DNA of 64,000 nucleotides, taken from NCBI RefSeq assembly GCF_009914755.1, contig NC_060928.1. One strand, written 5' to 3'. Made by a program: the position numbers and the translations under genes. The notes under the pieces were generated by a model. The model did no database searches. It was not told where the DNA came from and saw nothing but the letters and a program-made list of their open reading frames with translations. Origin of the DNA: the human T2T-CHM13v2.0 reference genome, Homo sapiens. Shown piece after piece: positions 44,218-53,900 of the stretch. Every line of letters starts with the position of its first letter. The first letter of the stretch is position 1.

Positions 44218-44708
44218 TGCAGTGGGATAATTTAGGAATCAGAGATACCAAGGGGCTGAGGAGGATACTTATTATTTATTATTTAGTACACCGGCCCAGT
44301 CAGATTAACATCCAAAAAGACTGAGCCCTGAACATAGAGTCTGGTTACCTTTTAAGCATTTTGTGGGGCAGGGGGAGATCTGTGTAGGGGGAAGCATATT
44401 ACAGAAACAAGAAACAAAGACAGTTATTCAATTGAGACATACATTACATCATTTCTTATTTTTCAAGGAAGAACATGTTTTACAACTTGAGATTATCTGT
44501 TTAGTGACCTTGCAGCTGCACAGCTAGAGAAACAGAGTCTTCATAATGCCTTGGAAAGGGAGAGATAAGGCTCACTAGCCACAGAAAAACAGGCAGTTAT
44601 TTTTTAAAGGACTTCGGCTCTTTCTCTTCCTCTGGGAGAATTGGGTTTTCTTACATACAACTGAGTTTTTGCTTAGACATTCTTTTATTTCTTTTAACTC
44701 CTGTTTCA
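44218..44708 (-). mobile_element. ERV1 solo LTR (LTR15-like)
   Basis: TG...CA termini, 491 bp, 4-bp TSD tccc; the minus strand starts TGAAACAGGAGTTAAAAGAAAT as recalled for LTR15. Confidence 0.8.
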
Positions 44709-44747
44709 TCCCCAGCACTGGCAGGGGAAAGCCACAGACTGGAGCTG

Positions 44748-44912
44748 CAGTGATGGCAGCTGCCCCTCCCGCTGGGAGCTCAGTCTTAGGCAGCAGGCAG
44801 CCACAGTGATGGTGGCCTCCCCTCCCTCTGGGAGTTCAGGTGTCTTGGGCAGCAGGCAGCCACAGTGAAGATGGCTGCCCCTTTTCCTGGGGAACTCCAT
44901 AGTCTTAGGCAG
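44748..44912. repeat. About three imperfect ~57-60-bp tandem units within the L1 5'UTR
   Basis: Unit gtgatggc..cccctccc.ctgggag.tcag..tctt(a/g)ggcagcaggcagccaca repeated. Confidence 0.75.
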
Positions 44913-45713
44913 TCTCCAGCCAAGTGGCTGCTGAGAATCTGCACAGTTCCATGCTTGAGACCCAAGGCCTCAGTGGCATGAGCTCACAAGAGGGATCTCC
45001 TGATCTGCGGGTTACACACATCCATGGAAAGAGCATGGTTTCCTGGGCAGGGTAGCACCATCACTCACTGCCTCCTTTGGCTGGGGATAGGAGCTCCCCT
45101 TGCCCCATGTGGCTCCCAGGTGGGCCATCACACAACCCTGCTTTTCCTTGCTCTCTGTGGGTCATGCCAACTTCCTACAGTCCCAGTGAGAGAACCTGGA
45201 TACCTCAGTAGCTGGTGCAGGATTCACTCACCATTTTCACTCTTCTCTGTGGGTGCCTCTGACCACAGCTGTTTCTAGTCAGCCATCTTGGCCTCTCCGC
45301 CAGTTACATGCATTTTAAAGAGAAGATAAACTACTACAAAGATATGCAGAAAAATATTACAAAAGAAAAATATTTTTACAAGACAAAATGCGATTTTTAT
45401 ATGTAAACACTGGCAATACAAAATTGTTTAAAAAGTGTAGCAGTTTTAAGTATGAAAATTCATATTAGGTATCAGGATGTGGAAGAGGAAGAGTAGAGAA
45501 GAGAACAAGTAGAGGTTTTCAGCAGGATAGAGAAAAAATAGGTGGCAAACAGTAAAACAAATAAAAGAAAGAAAATGAGAAGAGAACATAGGAAATTCTG
45601 GGGATTACAATATTCAAATGTTCCTTTAGGTATAAATCTTAGAATGTTCTCTGATCATGGCTCTTCAAATATTTTTTATCTTTAATCTTCAGAGGCTCCA
45701 GTTTAAATAGCAA

Positions 45714-45950
45714 GAGAGAGGCAGAACATGATTGCCTAATAGAAGGCTCCACTGATTGTGCCCCAACAAGGACACCAATTTAACAACCATCTACACCAAA
45801 AAAATCACCTTCATAAGAACAAAAAATCAGGTGACCATTCACAGTACCTCGTTTTAACTTCATATCACTAAAATAAGCACTAGAAGAGGGCAGAAAAGAC
45901 AGTCTTGAATCACCGATGCCATCCCTCTCCCATCCACTGGCAGCAGTGGA
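45714..45950 (+). mobile_element. Isolated L1M 5'UTR start fragment
   Basis: ggcagaacatgattgcctaatagaaggctccact...caccttcataagaacaaaaaatcaggtga...ttttaacttcatatcact. Confidence 0.75.
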
Positions 45951-47394
45951 TTCTATTTTTACTTGCCTCTCCACCCTCTGGAGTTCCACTTCAAGTGGGG
46001 GCATGAGTAAATGTGCATCTAACCTTTCCCCAAGTCTTTTTCATTCTCCTCATAATTTACCCACTAAGAAAAGTTCTTTTTTTTTCTCCAGCATGGACTT
46101 ACCTTATCATAACTTTCTTCCTTGAGGCAGTAATCCTCAGAGTTTAGTTTTAAATAAGGAAAGAATATCCTTTCTACACTATGGAAGAAATGTTAACAAT
46201 CTTGTCCTGGCTTGGCTCTAGAAATGATCATTGGAGCTAAAAGGATTTAGAAAATACTTTTTTTTTTTTCATGACAAAGCTTAGCTTTCAAATTATGGCT
46301 TTCCCTCAACTACAAACAAATTTTACTTTGGATTTCAAAAGTTGTATCTTTCTCTTACAAAATTTCCATTGTAAAATTCCTAACCCAAGGCAAATGGATA
46401 TCCTTGGCATGATGGGGGGTTCTTCATCATGAAAAAATGCAAAAGAGAAAGGCACAATGATGACATTTTTAAAATATTACCTTATTACATATACTTGTCA
46501 TATTGTATTTCCCACAATACTGTGCTTTTTATAGAGAACATAACGAATGGAATCTTCTGACAGTAATACTATCTCCCATTTTTCCTTAACTATGGAAACC
46601 ATTAGATATTCTAGTCGCTCATTTTCTTCTATTTTTTTAAATTTTCCCTACTCCACGTGGAACCTCAGCTGAACATCTCCCCTTTTGACTTGTGTGAATT
46701 TAGGCTTCCATATTTAACTATGGTTTATCCTTTAACATATCAGTACAGTTATAGGAAACTTCCAGTTAAGAAATTTATAGGAAGTAGAGTATCCCAGTAT
46801 AAAGATCTTGCATTCTGGAACTCTCAGGATTTTTTCTTAAATCATTAACTCTCTTTTGCTTTTCTCTCTTAAAGGCAGTAATGTAGAATACATTATTAGA
46901 TTTATAAAAATATACATCCATTCAAAATCATGTACATAGAAAGTGTCTTTAAACAATTACATTATGAGACGAGCATCATAATATGAATGTGTTTAATGTG
47001 TGCCTTTGTTAGGCTACAGGTAAGAATAGGATAAGAAAACAAAGCAAGGTTGACATGTATAATACCTTTGGGTTTTTCCCTAACTAGGATCTCAAGTTTC
47101 TTGGATGTGTTTTTTAAGGAGTTCTCTTGTGTTGAAATCGTTTATGACTTACCGTCCAATCAGAAATAGCTAAAGGACACATTGTTCCTCTCATTTTCTC
47201 ACAGCACAACTATGATATACACAATCAAATCCTGAGGAAAGTTGAACTTCATAGACACAATGGTATCTTTACTTATATATGAAAATAGTTTAATGATTTT
47301 CAACCTTAAATTTCCAATTATGAAAGCATAACAATCTAGATAAAAAACTACTGATTTTCTATCATGTGCCATATGCCTAATCATATTATGTCTA

Positions 47395-47550
47395 ATCCAC
47401 AGAAGAGTACTTGAGGTATTATTATCCCCCTTTAATGTATGAAGAAACCAATACTCAGAGAGGTTAATGACCAAATTATAAGTCACACAGCTTGTAAGGA
47501 GTAGGGCCAAGATTTTAGTTTGCAAAGATTGACTTTTTCTACTATACTAT
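47395..47550 (-). mobile_element. MIR
   Basis: attattatccccc...gaagaaaccaatactcagagaggttaatgac...gtcacacagcttgtaag. Confidence 0.7.
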
Positions 47551-48391
47551 GTCAGCTATAATCTAGGGGTAAATGTTGATATATGTCGGTCTCTTCTCTG
47601 TACTAAAGTTTTCTGCATGCCTCCTCTCCAAAATTTAAGCAAAGGCTGTGAATTAACAGTAACTGCCAATATCTCTCACCTCTTTCTCTAATTCCACAAG
47701 TGTAAGGGCTGTTGAATCCCAGACAATGGATATGAGGCCTCTTGGGATCTATATGGCTGACTTCCTGACAGAGTTAACTCATTCTTGGCATCACCACCTT
47801 TTTCTGAAAGGTGATTTTTAAAAATTAGAAAAGAGATGGTATCACAGAGAGATGGGATTAAGAAAGAGTCAGTGTAGAAGCCCAAATGTCAAATATCTAT
47901 TGAGCGATTTAAAAGGAAATACAACCAAGATAAATAGACAGCAGAAGCCAGACATAATCCCTGATACTACAAAAAAGCTAAGCCCTCAGCTAAAAAGAAA
48001 CCAATGAAAATAGTAAGCAAAGAAGCAAGCAGCAGACGAATGGATGATTCAGCTAAGGCTAATTTATCTCTCAAAAAAAATGTCCTTTGTCAGTATAAGA
48101 ACTGATACCAGAGCATTTTCACAAAGACTACCTGTGATTCAACACAGCAAAGGAAAGACCATGACTCATGACTCACGCAGTAACTGGAGAGACACATCCC
48201 AGATGTGAGGGGACAAGAACAGGATATGTTACTCTGATTCAAACTATTTTACCTTACCTCCTTAGTATAATTTTTTAGTTCTGCTTTCTCACTCCTTTAA
48301 AAAAATATTATAGACAACAGGAATGGAGACAATGGGCCATTATGACAGTAAGAAGGGGGATGTGTGATAGAAAAGAGAAGATATGTTTCTG

Positions 48392-48440
48392 CATGTGTGG
48401 CTGTGTGTGTGTGTGCGTGTGTGTGCATGTGCGTGCGTGC
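48392..48440. repeat. Imperfect (TG)n/(TGCG)n microsatellite
   Basis: Seen directly. Confidence 0.85.
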
Positions 48441-48539
48441 AATAGAACAAGAACTTGGGAGGGGAGGAAAAATTACACGCTTGAGTGTTTTAAGCATTTT
48501 GTTTTGTGGCGGAATATTGAGATATCAATGTCTAAGTCT

Positions 48540-48660
48540 ATGGCATTGTTTATGGTAATGGTTTCATGGGTGTATACTTATCTCCAAACTCATCAAGGTG
48601 CACACATTAAATACATACAGCTTTTTTGTATGTCAATTATACCTCAATTAAAAAAAAGAT
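48540..48660 (+). mobile_element. L1M 3'UTR end fragment
   Basis: atggtttcatgggtgtatac...aaactcatcaa...tatgtcaattatacctcaat followed by an A run. Confidence 0.75.
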
Positions 48661-48751
48661 TTGAAAAGAATTCCTTTATTTGTTACATATAGATCAGGCT
48701 AGAAATAGGGACAGGGGAAATTGGCATTAATCTGCCAACAGAGATAAAAAG

Positions 48752-49008
48752 TAGAGTCACCGGATACAATACAAGATGCCCAACTGAATTTGAATTTCAG
48801 ATGAAAATAAGTTTTGTAGTGTATGGTACATGCAATATTTGACATACTCCTATACCCCAGAACTGTACTGCCCAGGTCTTAAGGTTGCCACTTATTTTCT
48901 AAGACAAGCAATATTTAGGACATATTTATTATAAAAATTATTATTGTTTACTAAAATTCAAATTTAACTGGGTGTCTTGTATTTTTATTATAAAATCTGG
49001 CAACTTTA
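48752..49008. mobile_element. MER53 palindromic MITE with a central insertion
   Basis: Arms gatgcccaactgaatttgaattt / aaattcaaatttaactgggtgtc; end atctggcaacttta. Confidence 0.8.
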
Positions 49009-49071
49009 TTCCAAAGTACATGATTGATCTATGTATATATTTTTCTAAATTTATATTATCATGGGTCTCAG

Positions 49072-49073
<2 letters not shown>

Positions 49074-49106
<33 letters not shown>
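49074..49106. repeat. (TG)n microsatellite, about 16 units
   Basis: Perfect TG run. Confidence 0.95.
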
Positions 49107-49108
<2 letters not shown>

Positions 49109-49399
49109 ATGTGTATGGGGGTGATGAGGGTAGAAGAGAGACAGAGAAAGAGAGAGAGAGGGAAAATTTAGATGACTTTGGATGAGGGATAAGAAATATT
49201 ATATTCTTCACATTACTAAAATACTTTTATTGTATTAGTATATACAAAATTGTACAAAATTTAGAAAATAAATAAGAATATAAAGTTCTAATATTCATAA
49301 TCCCATCACCTGGAGATAATCACTCTTAAAATTTTGGGTTTTCTTAACTCTTCACTCCTCATATCCACAAATACAAAACTGTTATGAAATGTTAAGAGC

Positions 49400-49640
49400 T
49401 ACATAAATGCTAACATTGATTGCAGACTTAATATATGCCAGGCAATTTACTAAGAGCTTTATGTGGATTAATTCATTATAATCTCAGTGAGAACCCCCTA
49501 TTCTTGTTACTACTGTTTTACCAATGGGAGAACAATGAATAAGGCACAAAGAAATTAAGCAATATTCCCCAAATTACTCGGTAAATAAGTGTTCCAGCTG
49601 GGATTCAAATCTGAGAGGTAGTGCTCTGGAGTGTGGGCTG
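49400..49640 (-). mobile_element. MIR
   Basis: gctaacattgattgcagacttaatatatgccaggc...aggcacaaagaaattaagcaat...ctgggattcaaatc. Confidence 0.7.
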
Positions 49641-50053
49641 AAAGACCTTGCCCAAGCTATAATTGAGAGACTGAACTTTATTCAGAGCCATTCACTCATT
49701 CATTCATTCCTTCATTCATTCATGACAACATTTAATCTACTAACAATGTGAAAACCACGGACCCCTTTTTTTTTTTTTTTGGCTTTGGAACTAGGAACAA
49801 GATATTTCCCACAGAAAAATTAAGCTACTTCTTCAATAGAATGAATAAGTCATTAGCAGTTCCTGTGACTGATCGGAAGTTTAAGAAAACTTTTAGAAGT
49901 GAATTTTTCCATATGGCAGAGAATCACAACTGAATTAGATATATTTGGATTTAATTTTCAGCTCTTCTGTTTATTAGTTATATAACATTGTGGAGGTGAT
50001 ATTTCAACCTTAATTTGCAAATTTTTTGATAGAGAAAATAAGAATACTTATCC

Positions 50054-50900
50054 CAGGGATGGCTTCAGGAGAGTGCAACTTGTGTAGTCTTATAAAGCAT
50101 CACCCACTAGAATGGCCCTTGCTAGATTTGAAGTTTTATTCTTGCCATATTTAAATTCTTAACAATTTTATATTTGAATGTGCATTTGAGTAGAGGCAAC
50201 ACAATACTCATGGATGACAGCATGAACATGCCACTTAGTCAAGCTGTCAGGTCCTGGGCCTGATGGACAGCACAGGCAGAGAGCAGTGGGTCTGGTTGTC
50301 TGGTATGCACGTTCAAGGTGCTGCAGACCTGAGTGGGCTGCCAGGGTGGGAATCGGATCCACACTGGTAAAAACAATGGTGCTAACAGCAACAGAGATAG
50401 CAACAAGAATGGCAGTAGCCCTGAGAAATAAGGGCTTCCACATGGAGGCAGAACTGAGATCACTGATCGAAAACCAGCTTGTCTGTCTATCCCCAGAGCA
50501 GTCCCTGCAGTGTTTTCACAAATATTAACTCTCCAACGTGAGCACTGACATAAGGGCTGCCACCATAAGGAAATAAACTTTGCCAGTAAATTATTACAAA
50601 ATAAAAGCATACACATACACACTGTGATAATGAAGCATATCAGGGATTATATCCTTCAAAATGTGTAGGATCTCTAGTTTTATGGATGCATCATATTCCA
50701 AGGTGTATATGTACTATATTTTCTTTATCCAGTCTACCACTGAAGGGGATCTAGGTTGATTTCATGTTTTTTTCATATCAGGGAATTATTATATCCTTCA
50801 AAAAGTGTAGGATCTCTAGTTTTTAAAAACTGCTGCAGAATTGCAAAGCAAATATCCACAGGCTTAGAAATGGGAATTGAATTTAATAATTATCACATTT
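50054..50900 (+). mobile_element. hAT-Tip100 family DNA transposon (MER45B/R-like), left part
   Basis: cagggatggcttcaggagagtgcaacttgtgtagtc...aaattcttaacaattttatatttgaa resembles the MER45 left end; later ttgcaaagcaaatatccacaggcttagaaat. Confidence 0.7.
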
Positions 50901-53900
50901 GGTGTTGTTTCCTACTTTTATTTTAGGTTCAGGGACTACATGTGCAGGTTTGTTACGCAGGAAAATTGTGTCACTGAGGCTTGGTGTATGAATGATCCCA
51001 TCAACAAGGTAGTGAGCACAGTACCTAATAGGTAGCCTTCCAACCTATACTTCTCTCCTTCCCTATCCCCCAGTAGTCCACAGTGGCCACTGTTCCCATG
51101 TTTATGTCCATGTGTGCTCAATGTTTTGTTCCTACTTATCAGTGAGAACTTGTGGTATTTGGTTTTCTGTACCTGTGTGAGCTTCCTTAGGATAATAGCC
51201 TCCAGCTGCATCCATGTTGCCACAAGGACATGAAAAAGAGTGATCATAAAAAAGAATGATTTTTTATGGATGTATCATATTTCATGGTGTATATGTACTA
51301 CATTTTCTTTATCCAGTGCACCACTGATGGGCATCTAGATTGATTTCATGTTTTTGCTACTGTGAATAGCACTGCAGTGAACATGCAAGTGCATGTGTCT
51401 TTTTGATAGGATGATTTATTTTCCTTTGGGTATATACCCAATAGTGAAACTGCTGGGATGAATAATAGTTTTAAGTTATTTGAGAAATTACACTGCTTTC
51501 CACAGTGGCTGAACCTGAACTCTACATTCCAACGAGCTGTGTATAAGAGTTCCCTTTTCTCTGCACCCTTGCCAGAATCTGTTGTTTTTTGACTTTTTAA
51601 AAATACTCATTCTGACTGCTATGGGATGTTATCTCATTGTGGTTTTGATTTGCATTTCCCTAATGATTAGTGATAATGAGCATGTTTTCATATATTTGTT
51701 GGGCACTTGTATGTCTTCTTTTGAGAAGTGTCTGTTCATGTTCTTTTCTCACTTTTTAATGAGGTTATTTGTTTGTTGCTTGTTGAGTTGTTTAAGAGAT
51801 TCTGAATATTAGACCTTTGTCAGATGCATAGTTTGCAAATATATTCTCCCATTCCATAGGTTGTCTCTTCATTTGGTTGATGATTTATTTTGCCGTGCAG
51901 ACACTCTTTAGTTTAATTAGGTCTCACTTGTCAATTTTTGTTTTTATTGCAATTGCATTTGAGGACTTAGTCATAAATTTTTTGCTAAGGCCAATGTCAA
52001 AAATGGTATATCTTAAGTTTTCTTCTAGAATTTTTATTGCTTTACATCTTACATTTAAGTCTTTAAAGCATCTTGAAAAGATTTTTGTATATGGTGAAAA
52101 GAAGGGGTCCAGTTTCAATATTCTGCATACAATTAGCCAGTTATCCCAGCACCATTTATTAAACAAAGAGTCCTTTCCCCACTGTTTGTTATTGTTAACT
52201 TTATTGAGTATCAGGTGGTTCTAGGTGTTTGGCTTATGTCTAGGTTGTCTATCCTGTTCCCCTGGTCTATTTGTCTGTTTTTGTACCAGAACAAATGCTG
52301 TTTTGGTTACTGTAGTATTACAGTATACTTTAAAGTCCGGTAGTGTGATGCCTCCAGTTTTGTTCTTTTTGCTTAGTATTGCTTTGGCGATTTGGGCACT
52401 TTTTTGGTTCCATATAAATTTTAGAATCATTTTTTTCTAATTGTGTGAGGAATGTCATTGGTTGGTTGATTGTGATATGGCCCCAATGACTGGAGGAACA
52501 CCAGGGTCCTTTATCTCGTGCTGGTTTGAATAAAACAATACAGACACACGTGGAGTGGTTTTAAGGGGCATATAATAGGCAAGAAAGAAGGAAGAGGCTC
52601 CCAGGTACAGAGACAGAGGGAGGGGGCCTCCAACCCAAAAGAGGAAACCCCAAGTCTGGCTGAAAACAGCCAGTTATATGAGAAGGCAATGTCTGATTTG
52701 CATAGGACCCAGGGGATTGGTTTGACCAGGTATGTCATTCAAGTAGCCCGCAAAAAAAACTGGCCCCCCACCCTGGCCTTTTAGTATGCAAGTGCAGGTG
52801 CCATGATGTTCTACATAAGTGGGCATATGTGGGGGCGGCCATGTTGCCAGGCACATGTGGGGACCTGAAGAATTGGTGGGAATCGCCATGTTTGGGTGGA
52901 CCCAGTTTCTAACAGCTGGCATTTGCATATGGAAGCTTGCTGGCCCAGCCAGGGCTTTTCTGCTATATAAGAAAAGTTTCTGGAACTGCTTTAAAAAAAA
53001 CAAAACAAAACAAAAAAACTTCCCAAGGACTCCTTTTCCTATCTTCCTAAAATAATTTCTTAATAACTCCTATAACAACTGGAATAACATTAAATCTGTA
53101 AATTGCTTTGAGCAGTATGGCCATTTTAACAATATTGATTCCTCCTATCCATGAGCATGGAATGTTTTTTATTGTTTGTGTTGTCTCTGACTTTTTTCAG
53201 CCATGTTTTGTAATTCCCATTGCAGAGATCCTTTACCTCCTTGATAAGCTGTATTCTTTGGTATTTTACACTTTTTGTGGCCATTGTAAATGAAATTACA
53301 TTTGTGATTTGGCTCTGAGCTTGGATGTTATTGGTGTATAGAAATGCCAACTTTTCTATGTTGATTTTGTATCCTGAAACTTTACTGAAGTCATTTTTCA
53401 CTTCTAGAAGCCTTCTGGCAGAGACTATAGGATTTTCTAGGTACAGAATCATACTTTCTGCAAACAATAGATAGTTTGACTTCCTATTTGGATGCCTTTT
53501 ATTTCCTTCTCTTCCCTAATTGCTCTGCATAGGACTTTCAGTACTATGTTGAATAGGAATGGCAAGAGTGAATTTACCTGTCTTATTCAAATTCTCAAGA
53601 GAAATGCTTCCAGTTCTTGCCCATTCAATATGATGTTGGCTGTTGGTTTGTCATAGATGGCTCTTACTTTGAAGTACCTTTGATGCCTAATTTGTTGAGG
53701 ATTTTTAACAGGAAGGGATATTGAATTTTGTCAGAGACTTTTTCTGTGTCTATTGGATGATCGTGTCATTTTATTGTTAATTCTGTTTATGTAGTGAATG
53801 ACATTTATTGATTTGCTTATGTTTAACCAACCTTGCATCCCAGAAATAAAGCCCATCTCAATATAGTGAATTAACTTTTTTATGTGTTGCTGGATTCAGT

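Larger units (their letters stand above)
38400..45300 (-). mobile_element. Full-length primate L1PA (about L1PA8-10) with disrupted ORFs, inserted into an older L1M remnant; LTR inside its 5'UTR
   Basis: Colinear ORF1 (ENILQDIIQENF) and ORF2 ([31 protein letters not shown]) fragments; 5' end agccatcttggcctctcc; degenerate TSD agttatatatatttt / agttacatgcatttt. Confidence 0.95.

Noticed and set aside
50168-50622. Overlapping 80-127-aa ORFs, one with a signal-peptide-like hydrophobic start
   Set aside because: They lie inside a decayed MER45-like DNA transposon, with no splice or promoter context.
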